A stretch of 63,974 bases of DNA, filler included, from an uncultured Myxococcia bacterium (lineage in GTDB: Bacteria > CAZTWC01), in assembly GCA_964617105.1 (NCBI GenBank). It is 3 parts of 3 records of this genome, joined end to end, with 100 filler letters (N's around TTAATTAATTAA, not from the genome) between each part and the next. Parts side by side here need not be neighbours in the genome. Positions count along the whole stretch, not along the records: positions 1 to 22,721 come from CAZTWC010000026.1; 2 more parts are not named here. One strand, 5' to 3'. The notes below the pieces were generated by a model. That model had not been told where the DNA came from, did no database searches, and was given only the letters and a program-made list of their open reading frames with translations. This document shows, one piece after another, positions 1-8,973 of the stretch. The stretch's first letter is position 1. Every line of letters starts with the position of its first letter. Position numbers and translations under genes: made by a program.

Positions 1-2
1 TG

Positions 3-1040
3 ACTTTTGTGGGACCCAGGGCATCTTCGATTCTCTCTATGGGAGACAAAGCCACGGCCAGGAAAACCATGAAGTTGGCTGGGTTGGAGCCGATTCCTGG
101 TTCTGAAGGCGTGTTAAATACGGTGCAGGAAGCCCGAGAGTTTGCCGAACATATAAATTATCCGGTGTTGTTGAAAGCCAGTGCTGGCGGCGGCGGTAAA
201 GGGATGCGGTTAGTGGAGGAGGAGGCTTGCTTAGAGGCGGCATTTATTGAAGCCAGTATGGAGGCGGAAAAGGCTTTTGGCAATCCAGCGCTTTATATGG
301 AAAAATTCATTACCGGCGGCCGTCATATCGAGTTCCAGGTATTGGTGGATCATTTTGGCAATGCTGTTCACCTGGGTGAGCGGGAATGTTCGGTTCAGAG
401 GCATCACCAAAAACTGGTGGAGGAATCGCCTTCTCAGGCGATTAGCAGTGAAACTCGGCAAAGTTTGGGAGAAAAAGTAGCCCGGGTTGCGGCTAAAATA
501 GGTTACTATAATGCCGGAACTGTTGAGTTCTTAATGACTCCCCAGGGGGAACTCTATTTTATGGAGATGAATACTCGCCTGCAGGTGGAGCATCCAGTGA
601 CCGAGATGGTTACCGGGGTGGATATTGTACAGGAGCAGATTCGCATCGCCGCTAACCAGCCGCTTGCTTTGCGGCAGGAAGATATTTGCTTTCAGGGGTC
701 GGCTATTGAGGTAAGGATCAATGCCGAGGATCCTTTTGAAGATTTTCGGCCTTCGCCAGGCACGGTGGAGATATTCAAGGTTCCGGAAAAAGAGGGGAGT
801 ATCAGGTTAGATACCCATGTCGAGGAAGGGTACACCATACCTCCATACTATGACTCCATGATTTGTAAACTAATTGCCCATGCCAAAACTCGCCCAGAGG
901 CTATCGAGTTGATGCTAAAGACCCTGGACTCTTTTGAAATTGGCGGAGTGAAGACCACCATACCTATTCATAAGAAGATATTGGATTCAGATTTGTTTAG
1001 GGGTGGGGAGTATAATACCACAATATTAGATCACATATAA
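3..1040 (+). CDS. accC: Biotin carboxylase subunit (5' end outside the window)
   Basis: ATP-grasp motifs KASAGGGGKGMR, RHIEFQV, ERECSVQRHHQK, EMNTRLQVEHPVTE, RINAED and PPYYDSMICK. The frame is open back to the window edge. Confidence 0.93.
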   Translation, partial: TFVGPRASSILSMGDKATARKTMKLAGLEPIPGSEGVLNTVQEAREFAEHINYPVLLKASAGGGGKGMRLVEEEACLEAAFIEASMEAEKAFGNPALYMEKFITGGRHIEFQVLVDHFGNAVHLGERECSVQRHHQKLVEESPSQAISSETRQSLGEKVARVAAKIGYYNAGTVEFLMTPQGELYFMEMNTRLQVEHPVTEMVTGVDIVQEQIRIAANQPLALRQEDICFQGSAIEVRINAEDPFEDFRPSPGTVEIFKVPEKEGSIRLDTHVEEGYTIPPYYDSMICKLIAHAKTRPEAIELMLKTLDSFEIGGVKTTIPIHKKILDSDLFRGGEYNTTILDHI

Positions 1041-1041
1041 A

Positions 1042-1142
1042 CGGGCGACGATAGCGGCGCATCTGAGGCCGAAGGTCATCCCTTTAGGGGCATGAACCTG
1101 GTTAATCGTCGGGCTACTGATCGCTAGTTTAACTAATATTTG
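1042..1142 (+). repeat. Intergenic palindromic repeat family A, copy 1
   Basis: CGGGCGACGATAGCGGCGCATCT resembles the blocks at 2931 and 3165. Positions 1086-1142 (AGGGGCATGAACCTGGTTAAT...ATCGCTA...AACTA.TATTTG) match 3356-3413. Confidence 0.8.
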
Positions 1143-1201
1143 ATATGTAATGGTAATGATAACGGGCATCCTATAAAAAATATGAAAAGGAACTTTAAAT
1201 A

Positions 1202-2923
1202 ATGGCTAGAGTAATCTTGCAGGATATTGGTTCAGGGCGGGAAACTATTTTTTCCGCCAAGGAATATGATCAGAACACCTCTTATATGAAAAAGTTGGAG
1301 GAGGATATCCAGCGGAAAAAGGATGAGGTTAAACAGGGTTGGGGTCAGAAATATATAGATCGGGTTCATGCTAAAGGGAAGTTGACCGCCTGGGAACGCA
1401 TCGAGTTGTTAAAAGATCCGGGGAGCCAGGTGTTCCCCATCGGCACTTTTGTCAACTATGGCATCACCTTTGACGGTGGACGCAAATCCCCGGGGGCTGG
1501 GGTGGTCACTGTTTTTGTCAAGGTCTGTAACCGGTACACCATTGTTATTGCCAATGATAATACCGTTGGTTCCGGTTCCTGGTGGCCGCAGACCCCGGAG
1601 AAAATTGAGCGGGCTCAAGAGATTGCCTTGCGTTTGAAAGTACCGGTAATCTATATGGTGGATTGCAGTGGACTATATTTGCCGGAACAGGCCCGTACCT
1701 TTCCAGGTAAAAGTGGGGCTGGTCATATATTTAAAATGAACAGCCTGCTCTCCGCCAACCATGTACCTCAAATTGCCGGAGTGTTTGGCGACTGCATTGC
1801 TGGTGGCGGTTATATGCCGATCATAAGTGATCGGGTTTATATGACCGAGCAAGCCTATATGGTGATTGCTGGCGCCGCCCTGGTTAAGGGAGCCAAGTCC
1901 CAGAATATCACCTCTCTTACGATCGGAGGGCCCGATGTTCACTGCCATCTTTCCAACTGTGCCGATTTCCGGGTACCTGACGACAAAACCATGATCAAAT
2001 TTATCCGCCGCGATATTGAACAGTTACCCTCCAAGGCTGGAGAGTATTATATGTTTGGCGGTGAACCTTTAGCTCCTCGCTACAATTACCGGGAGTTGAG
2101 CGGGTTTTTTCCTCCCGACCACCGCATCCCCTACGATATGCGTCAGGTTATAGCCCGTCTTCTGGATATGAGCCTTTTTTGGGAGTTGATGCCCAGGCAG
2201 GGGAGAGAGATGATCTGCGGTATCGGCAAGATAAATGGATTATATGTGGGTATTATCGCCAATAATCAGTCTCTTACCGAGCACCCGGTTTCCAGGAGTC
2301 AAAAAAGACCGGGCGGTATTTTATACCAGCAGGGGATTGCTAAGATTTCTCTTTTCTCCAGGTGCTGTAACGATGACGGTATTCCCATTATTTGGCTGCA
2401 GGATATATCTGGATTTGATATAGGCCTGGAGGCGGAGAAGGAGGGTTTGCTGGGTTTTGGCTCCAACCTGCTCTATACCAACTCCACCAATAGTGTACCC
2501 ATGATTACCGTGTTGCTGCGCAAGGCTTCTGGCGCAGGTTATTATGCTATGGCGGGGCACCCATACGATCCAGTGTTGCAACTTTCTACTCCCATAACCA
2601 GATTGGCGGTGATGGAGGGCAAGACTCTATCTATCGGAGCTTTCAGGACCAAATTAGACGATAATTTCAATATTATCGCAGACAACCAGGAGGAGTACGA
2701 CAAGATTGAGGAGGGAATGCTGGAGGTGGAAGAGAGGATCAGCCAGGATATGTACCCGCTAAACGCAGCTCGCCAGATGGATACTGATGAGGTGGTATTG
2801 ATGCCAGAGATCAGACCCTATTTGGAGGCAGTGGTGGAGATGTGCTACCAGAGTATTGGGTATAGGAGGTTGAAGAATCCGCGGATTTGGAGTATGCACG
2901 ATATTGATGTACTCATGAGATAA
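1202..2923 (+). CDS. Acyl-CoA carboxylase carboxyltransferase subunit (MCC-beta / glutaconyl-CoA decarboxylase-like family)
   Basis: [70 protein letters not shown]. Lies between accC and accB. Confidence 0.88.
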   Translation: MARVILQDIGSGRETIFSAKEYDQNTSYMKKLEEDIQRKKDEVKQGWGQKYIDRVHAKGKLTAWERIELLKDPGSQVFPIGTFVNYGITFDGGRKSPGAGVVTVFVKVCNRYTIVIANDNTVGSGSWWPQTPEKIERAQEIALRLKVPVIYMVDCSGLYLPEQARTFPGKSGAGHIFKMNSLLSANHVPQIAGVFGDCIAGGGYMPIISDRVYMTEQAYMVIAGAALVKGAKSQNITSLTIGGPDVHCHLSNCADFRVPDDKTMIKFIRRDIEQLPSKAGEYYMFGGEPLAPRYNYRELSGFFPPDHRIPYDMRQVIARLLDMSLFWELMPRQGREMICGIGKINGLYVGIIANNQSLTEHPVSRSQKRPGGILYQQGIAKISLFSRCCNDDGIPIIWLQDISGFDIGLEAEKEGLLGFGSNLLYTNSTNSVPMITVLLRKASGAGYYAMAGHPYDPVLQLSTPITRLAVMEGKTLSIGAFRTKLDDNFNIIADNQEEYDKIEEGMLEVEERISQDMYPLNAARQMDTDEVVLMPEIRPYLEAVVEMCYQSIGYRRLKNPRIWSMHDIDVLMR

Positions 2924-2929
2924 CTGCTG

Positions 2930-3413
2930 GCGGGCAACGATAATGGCGCATCTACGTTGTTGCCCGAAATGATTTAATCCTCGACGTATAATTTATACNN
3001 NNNNNNNNNNNNNNNNNNNNNNNNNNNNNNNNNNNNNNNNNNNNNNNNNNNNNNNNNNNNNNNNNNNNNNNNNNNNNNNNNNNNNNNNNNNNNNNNNNGC
3101 CTGCGGTTAAATCATTTCGGGCGCCTAGTATCTGCACCATTCTCGTTGCCCGCAGGTTATTTGTGATAGCGGCGCATCTATGGACGCTGACGTAGGAGGT
3201 GATCCCTTTAGGGACGTTGCGTTGAGCGATTTAATCCTCGACGTATAATTTATACGCCTGCGGTTAAATCATTTCGGGCGCCTAGTATCTGCACCATTCT
3301 CGTTGCCCGCGGTTTTGGCAATGATAGCGCGCATCTACGGACGAATTAACCAGAAAGGGGCATGAACCTGGTTAATTTGCGGGCGACTTATCGCTAACTA
3401 AAACTAGTATTTG
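2930..3413 (+). repeat. Cluster of modular palindromic repeats (family A), spanning a 100-N gap at 2999-3098
   Basis: Nested inverted arms GCGGGCAACGA/TCGTTGCCCGC, GCCCGAAATGATTTAA/TTAAATCATTTCGGGC and CGTATA-ATT-TATACG. The core plus right arm is repeated at 3228-3310. Confidence 0.85.
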
Positions 3414-3463
3414 CTTTACTTTGTTGCGCTTACGGTTTGTGAAAGTTTATTTTGGAGCATAAT

Positions 3464-4075
3464 ATGAAAGATAATATCAAAGAAGTGCTTTTTCAGCTGG
3501 ATGAGCAATCTCCGGATGAATATATTGTTAAGTCACCGGCGCCGGGACGCTATAGTCACATTCCTTATCGGGGCAGTTTTATTGAACCGGGCCAATACAC
3601 CGGCCAGTTGCAGCAACTGAATACCACCTATAAACTGAAAATGCCTCCTGGTATCAGCGGGGTGGTGAGCCAGGCTTTGCTTAATGACCAGATTGAGTTC
3701 GTGGAATACGGTCAGCCTCTTTTCCGGCTTAGCACCGAGGCGGGTAAGTTCTCTTCAGAGCATCAAAAACCGGCTCAAGCACCAGGTATTACCGATGAGA
3801 GTGACAGAGTTCCTGAGGGTATGGTGGGAGTCACCTCACCCACTGACGGGGTTTTTTATATGCGTCCAAATCCTCAGTCTCCACCTTATGCCACCGAGGG
3901 TGAGGAGGTGGTTGAGGGAGATGTGCTTGGTTTGGTGGAGGTGATGAAGTGTTTTAACAAGATTAAACTAAATGACCTGGGCGGCTCGCAAAAGGGAAAG
4001 ATAAAAAAAATATTTAAAGATGATGCCGCTGAAGTCAAATTTGGTGAACTGCTATTTATAATTGAACCGGGTTAG
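3464..4075 (+). CDS. accB: Biotin carboxyl carrier protein with two biotinyl-like domains
   Basis: The C-terminal domain has SPTDGVFY..P.P, EVMKCFN (biotin Lys) and VKFGELLF. The N-terminal domain has SPAPG...VEYGQPLF but no MK. GGAG RBS at 3454. Confidence 0.88.
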   Translation: MKDNIKEVLFQLDEQSPDEYIVKSPAPGRYSHIPYRGSFIEPGQYTGQLQQLNTTYKLKMPPGISGVVSQALLNDQIEFVEYGQPLFRLSTEAGKFSSEHQKPAQAPGITDESDRVPEGMVGVTSPTDGVFYMRPNPQSPPYATEGEEVVEGDVLGLVEVMKCFNKIKLNDLGGSQKGKIKKIFKDDAAEVKFGELLFIIEPG

Positions 4076-4077
4076 GG

Positions 4078-4875
4078 TTAGTGCCACTTAGCCCAATTGG
4101 GGCGGCGCTTTTCAAAAAAGGCATTCATCCCTTCCTGTCCCTCTTCAGAAACCCTTAACTTGGCGATCAGTTCAGCGGTAAAGCTGGTTGAATCACTGAG
4201 GGTTATGTCTGATACTCGGTGAATCAATTCTTTAACCGCACTAAGTGCCTGAGGACCGCTGGACATCAGCATCCGCAATATTTGTTCCACCCGTGAATTA
4301 AGGAGTTCCCGGGTTACCACTTCGGTAACCAGGCCGTATTCCCGAGCCCGGTCTGCCGAAATTCGCTCTCCGCTCAAGAACAGGTAACGGGTATTGGCTT
4401 CACCCACCTTTTTGATCACAAAGGGACTGATAACGGCCGGAACCAACCCGATTTTTACTTCGCTGAAGGAAAATTCACTTAGATGAGCTGCCACCACGAT
4501 ATCACAGGCTGCCACCAATCCCACGCCTCCACCAATAGTGGCGCCGTTGACTTTTGCCACGGTGGGGTGTTTGAAACGGTAGAGATTGTGCATAACCTCC
4601 GCCATTTTCAAAGCCCCATCCAGGTTTTGGTCGTAAGTGTTGTCTTTCATCTGACTCATGTAAGAGAGGTCGGCGCCGGCGCAAAATGCCTTTCCCTGGC
4701 CGGTTATTACCAGGACCCTTATCTGATCCTGTTCCGATAATATTTTCAGTGCTTCCAGAAGTTCATCGATCATCTGGTTATTAAAAGCATTGCGTATATC
4801 GGGCCGGGCCAGAGTAATGGTGCCAACCTTTTCTTCAATGTTTAATTTGATGGTGGTGAATGTTTGTTTTTCCAT
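4078..4875 (-). CDS. Enoyl-CoA hydratase family, methylglutaconyl-CoA hydratase (LiuC)-like
   Basis: RPDIRNAFN, FCAGADL, GGGVGLVAACD, FSEVKIGLVPAVISPFV, R.SEEGQEGMNAFFEKRRPNW. Last gene of an HMG-CoA-forming operon. Confidence 0.85.
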   Translation of the reverse strand: MEKQTFTTIKLNIEEKVGTITLARPDIRNAFNNQMIDELLEALKILSEQDQIRVLVITGQGKAFCAGADLSYMSQMKDNTYDQNLDGALKMAEVMHNLYRFKHPTVAKVNGATIGGGVGLVAACDIVVAAHLSEFSFSEVKIGLVPAVISPFVIKKVGEANTRYLFLSGERISADRAREYGLVTEVVTRELLNSRVEQILRMLMSSGPQALSAVKELIHRVSDITLSDSTSFTAELIAKLRVSEEGQEGMNAFFEKRRPNWAKWH

Positions 4876-4887
4876 GGGGACTTCTCT

Positions 4888-5280
4888 TTAAATTGGCACG
4901 CATTTGTACCCATACTTGATAATTGCCGCTTCACAGTCTTCGCTGATGCGCCTAAATTCCAACTTGACCGGCATACCTATCTTGAGATCCTCTTCAGGGC
5001 AGTCGGCTATTTGGGTGGTGATGGTAACGCCATCTTTTAGTTTGACCAGGCCTACCGCATATGGAGTTTGGTCTTCAAAACCTGTGGGTGCAACGTGGAT
5101 AACCGTGTAGGTGACCACTTCCCCTTCGGTGTTAAGGGTTACATTTTCAAACTCCCGTGATTTGCATTCATTGCAGATCAAGCGAGGGGGAAAGAAAATC
5201 TTACCGCATTTTGTGCATTTGCCGGCTTCATATCTATATCTTTGCGGTATTTCCCGCCAGTAGATTGCAGATGTGGACAT
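4888..5280 (-). CDS. DUF35 Zn-ribbon/OB-fold scaffold protein
   Basis: WREIPQRYR, CTKC...FPPR..CNEC, GEVVTYTVIH, PYAVGLV, IGMPVKLEFRR, YGYK. Adjacent to the thiolase. Confidence 0.92.
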   Translation of the reverse strand: MSTSAIYWREIPQRYRYEAGKCTKCGKIFFPPRLICNECKSREFENVTLNTEGEVVTYTVIHVAPTGFEDQTPYAVGLVKLKDGVTITTQIADCPEEDLKIGMPVKLEFRRISEDCEAAIIKYGYKCVPI

Positions 5281-5282
5281 GT

Positions 5283-6440
5283 TTAAACCTCCTCTAGAAT
5301 GTGGATGGTTGAACTACCACAAGTTCCGCCCATATTCTGGGCTAATCCCCTGCGGACGTTCTTTAATTGTCTGTCTCCTGCCTCTCCCCTTAACTGCTCC
5401 ACCACTTCACAGACTTGCGCCACACCGGTGGCTCCCACTGGATGGCCTTTTGATTTCAATCCACCCGAAGTATTGATGGGTTTTTTACCATCAAGGGCAG
5501 TAAAACCGGATTCCACCGCTTTGCCTCCCTGTCCTTTTTCCACGAAGCCCAGGGCCTCGATAGCGCAGATTTCTGCAATGGTAAAACAGTCGTGCACTTC
5601 GGCGAAATCGATATCATCTGGTCCTACTCCTGCCATTTCATAGGCAGACTTGGCAGCGTTGGCCACTGCATTAAAGAAGGTAATATCCTCACGTTGGCTC
5701 AAGGCGATACAATCGGTAGCCATACCAATACCAGTCACTTTGATGGCTTTATTTTTGGTGAATTTACCCACCATATCCAGGGGGCAGAGGATAACCGTTG
5801 CCGCTCCATCAGTAACCGGGGAGCAGTCAAAAATTCTCAATGGGTCAGCCACCATAACCGAGTTTTCCACAGTTTCGGGAGTAATCTGCATGGGGAATTG
5901 GGCATTGGGATTTTTAGAACCATTGAAATGGTTTTTCACCGCCACCATTGACAATTGCCGACGGGTAGTGCCATATTTTTCCATGTGAGCCCTGGCCATC
6001 AGGGCGTAAAGTCCGGGGAAGGTAATGCCATTGTAGGCTTCATATTCCCGGTCTGAGGCAGCCGCCAAGCCGTAGGTGGCTCCGCCGCCGTCAATATCGC
6101 ACATTTTTTCCACTCCACTTACCATGACAATATCGTTCAGGCCAGAAGCCACATCGATATAACCCTGGCGAAAAGCCAACCCACCTGAAGCACAGGCGGA
6201 TTCGACCCGGGTGGCGGGAATGGGCGCACAGCCCAGATAATCGGTTAGCATGGAAGCCAGATGTTCCTGGCCCACAAAAAGACCGCCTGACATACAGCCG
6301 ATATAAAGGGAATCAATTTTGTCAATACCGGCATCATCCATTGCTGTCAGGGCGGATTCGGTAAAGATGTCTCGAAGGGAACTGTTCCATAACTCCCCCC
6401 ACTTGTTGATGCCGACACCTATTACTGCAACATCTCTCAT
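5283..6440 (-). CDS. Acetoacetyl-CoA thiolase, archaeal/SCP2-type
   Basis: RVESACASG (catalytic Cys), [36 protein letters not shown] upstream. Confidence 0.92.
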   Translation of the reverse strand: MRDVAVIGVGINKWGELWNSSLRDIFTESALTAMDDAGIDKIDSLYIGCMSGGLFVGQEHLASMLTDYLGCAPIPATRVESACASGGLAFRQGYIDVASGLNDIVMVSGVEKMCDIDGGGATYGLAAASDREYEAYNGITFPGLYALMARAHMEKYGTTRRQLSMVAVKNHFNGSKNPNAQFPMQITPETVENSVMVADPLRIFDCSPVTDGAATVILCPLDMVGKFTKNKAIKVTGIGMATDCIALSQREDITFFNAVANAAKSAYEMAGVGPDDIDFAEVHDCFTIAEICAIEALGFVEKGQGGKAVESGFTALDGKKPINTSGGLKSKGHPVGATGVAQVCEVVEQLRGEAGDRQLKNVRRGLAQNMGGTCGSSTIHILEEV

Positions 6441-6539
6441 AGCCAATCTCCAAATTAACCCAGTCTTTAAATGCCGGGACTTAGGTGGTTATCTGCTGGC
6501 TTCCGGTTTAAAGCGAAAGCCAACTTTTTTCTAAAGTAA

Positions 6540-7580
6540 CTATTTTCTAATCTTTTTTCTATATTTGGCGTACGCGCCATATTCCAAATAGATCTGGTTT
6601 TTATCTAAATAGTCGGTGGTCTTAGGAGCCAGGTCGCGCACCTGGTCTATCATATCGGTGACTTTCCAAATAAAACCGTCACTACCTGAACCAGAACCGT
6701 ATGAAACCATCAGGATCAAATCTCCTGGTTTAGCAATATCCAGGGTAGAAGAGAGTCCCAGGGGTGAGGCGCCGGAATAGGTATTACCCAATCTGGGAGA
6801 GAGCCATCCTGGTTCCATTTGCTCATCTTTGAATCCCAGTTTGCGGCCAGCCCGTTGAGGAAACTTACCGTTGGGTTGGTGAAAGACAGCGTAGGTAAAG
6901 TCCGCTGGTTTCAGGTCAGCCATCTCCATTATGTTGGTGGCGCAACTCAAGGTATGTTTAAAGTAGGCTGGTTCACCAGTAAACCGGCCGGCGTGTTTGG
7001 GATAGAACTGATATTCCCGCCTCCAGAAATCTGGAGTATCGGTCATGTATGAATTGGTATGCAAACATTCGGCTATTACATTCTGCTCCCCAAAAATATA
7101 ACTGGCAGCACCAGCAGCAGCAGAATACTCCAGAGCATCACCAGGGGCCCCCTGTGAGGTGTCTGCTCCTATTCCCAGCCCGTATTTTACCTCTCCCGCT
7201 TTAACCAGGCTCATACTGACAAACATCCCCTCTGAACCAGCCTTACAGGCAAATTCAAAGTCGGCGCAGTGGATATCCGGAGTGGCGCCGATAGCTTCTG
7301 CCACTACTGTCCCACTGGGTTTAACAGCATAGGGATGTGATTCGGAACCGATGTAAATTGAACCGATATCTGTGGGGTCGATTTTAGCCCGTTTGAGTGC
7401 GTTACGAGTGGCTTCTACTGACATGGTGATTACATCCTGGTCAGGACCGGGCACTGATTTTTGTTTTAACAGCAGCCCCTTTTTGTAACTGGGAGCATCC
7501 GCACCCCACACCTTGGCGATCTCTTCCACTTTAATGCGGTACTTGGGGATATAACTTCCGTATCCGACAATTCCGACCAT
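6540..7580 (-). CDS. mvaS: Hydroxymethylglutaryl-CoA synthase, archaeal-type
   Basis: GIVGYGSYIPKYRI, GSESHPYAVKPS, EFACKAG (catalytic Cys), DTPDFWRR, GRFTGEPAYFKH, FHQPNGKFP, GNTYSG, SYGSGSGSD. Length 346 aa, as in the archaeal enzymes. Confidence 0.93.
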   Translation of the reverse strand: MVGIVGYGSYIPKYRIKVEEIAKVWGADAPSYKKGLLLKQKSVPGPDQDVITMSVEATRNALKRAKIDPTDIGSIYIGSESHPYAVKPSGTVVAEAIGATPDIHCADFEFACKAGSEGMFVSMSLVKAGEVKYGLGIGADTSQGAPGDALEYSAAAGAASYIFGEQNVIAECLHTNSYMTDTPDFWRREYQFYPKHAGRFTGEPAYFKHTLSCATNIMEMADLKPADFTYAVFHQPNGKFPQRAGRKLGFKDEQMEPGWLSPRLGNTYSGASPLGLSSTLDIAKPGDLILMVSYGSGSGSDGFIWKVTDMIDQVRDLAPKTTDYLDKNQIYLEYGAYAKYRKKIRK

Positions 7581-7599
7581 TTTTTCCTCCTGGTTGTAA

Positions 7600-7670
7600 A
7601 TTAACTTAACAAGTTAATGTCTGACGAGTTAGTGTCTGAAAAGTATAGTAAATTTCATCTCCAAATGCAA
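7600..7670 (-). promoter_or_regulatory. Sigma70-type promoter and candidate operator of the HMG-CoA synthase operon
   Basis: Minus strand TTGCAT (7670-7665)-N17-TATACT (7647-7642). Downstream are a 13-bp direct repeat at 7612-7624/7627-7639 and a perfect inverted repeat ATTAACTT-N3-AAGTTAAT at 7600-7618. Confidence 0.65.
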
Positions 7671-7695
7671 ACCAATTTTTTTTTGGTGATTTCGA

Positions 7696-8973
7696 TTATT
7701 TTATCAGAGGTAGCGCTATGTTGAATCTGGCGCCATTCTCAGTATTTGTAGCCACAATTTTACCACCCATATTTTTTTCCACAAAGGTTTTACTGATATA
7801 GAGTCCGATGCCAGAGTCTTTACCAACTGATTTGGTAGAGAAATAGGGCTCGAAAATTCGATTTTTAATTTTGGGAGGGATGCCTCCACCGTTGTCTGTG
7901 ACCGCTATATGCAGGTCTTGCCCAAGTATATCCGCCTCGATTTTTATCCATGGGTCAGTGATTTCCTTCTCCTGGAGTACATCCTTGGCATTGGATAGGA
8001 GATGGAGAATCACCTGGCCAAACTTATTGGGATAGCCGTGATAAGTGATATTTTCATCAATCTCCAAAATGATTTTAATTTGATCTTCCTTTAGTATAGC
8101 GGTTATGATGGAGAGGGCATTTTTGATACTATTTTTAATATTAAAAACCGATTTGTGCTCCTTGACTCTAAAAAAGTTGCGGAAATTGTCAATAGTGGTG
8201 GATAGTTCGGTAAGGATTATCCGGAAACGCTCTACAGACCGCTGTAGGTATTTTTCATCCAGTTCACCATGTTGGTTGGCCTCTAGAATATCTTCCACCA
8301 ATGCTCCAAGTGTACTCAATGGTTGCCTCCATTGGTGGGCGATATTGCGCATCAACTCCCCCATCACCATCAACTTGGAGGTTTCCATCAGTTGGGCTTT
8401 GGTCTTTTTCAACTCGTTATGAGATTCTGCCAGGTCATTATACGCCTGGTTAATTTCTTTGGTCCTCTCCTCCACTTGTAATTCCAAAGATGTGCGTAAA
8501 CTTTGTAACTCCTGATCTCGATGCCAACTGTTACACAGGTTTCTGGCCATCTGGTAGATCTCTTCGTTATTGAAGGGTTTGCGAATCAACATGATATCGT
8601 GCTGGATAGTTTTTTGCAGATCATCGATGGACCGATCAGCATAAGCAGTTACAATAACTATATATATATTATCATCCAACCTGCGCAGTTCTCTGGCAGT
8701 GGCAAGACCATCCTCGCCTGGCGGCATACGCATATCCACAAAAGCCACCTGGAAGGGGGATCCATTTTCTTTGGCGGCTTTGGCCACCTGGACTCCAGAC
8801 TCACCCTGCGAAGCGGTGGCTATTTCAAATTCCATCCTTTTTTGATTACTTTTATTTTTACCGGTGATCAGGGATTCCAGGTCGGTGCACATAGGTTTTT
8901 CCGGAGTTAAGATATCCTGGTAAACCTGGAGGATTCTGGTGTCATCATCTATAATCAATACTTTTTTAGCCAT
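7696..8973 (-). CDS. Hybrid receiver-histidine kinase (REC-HisKA-HATPase)
   Basis: N-terminal VLIIDDD, FVDMRMPPG and IRKPF; H-box NIAHQWRQPL; NAKD, DNGGGI, FEPYFSTK, GIGLY. Confidence 0.9.
   Translation of the reverse strand: MAKKVLIIDDDTRILQVYQDILTPEKPMCTDLESLITGKNKSNQKRMEFEIATASQGESGVQVAKAAKENGSPFQVAFVDMRMPPGEDGLATARELRRLDDNIYIVIVTAYADRSIDDLQKTIQHDIMLIRKPFNNEEIYQMARNLCNSWHRDQELQSLRTSLELQVEERTKEINQAYNDLAESHNELKKTKAQLMETSKLMVMGELMRNIAHQWRQPLSTLGALVEDILEANQHGELDEKYLQRSVERFRIILTELSTTIDNFRNFFRVKEHKSVFNIKNSIKNALSIITAILKEDQIKIILEIDENITYHGYPNKFGQVILHLLSNAKDVLQEKEITDPWIKIEADILGQDLHIAVTDNGGGIPPKIKNRIFEPYFSTKSVGKDSGIGLYISKTFVEKNMGGKIVATNTENGARFNIALPLIK

Noticed and set aside
2952-3140. 62-aa minus-strand ORF
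   Set aside because: It runs through the N gap and lies inside the palindromic repeat.
2930-3413. CRISPR array
   Set aside because: The repeats are long, nested and irregular, without constant-length unique spacers, and there are no cas genes in the window.
4888-7580. PhlABC-type Friedel-Crafts acyltransferase
   Set aside because: It uses the same three folds, but the synthase keeps the HMGCS catalytic Glu/Cys/His motifs, no type III PKS is nearby, and the partner gene is a LiuC-like hydratase.
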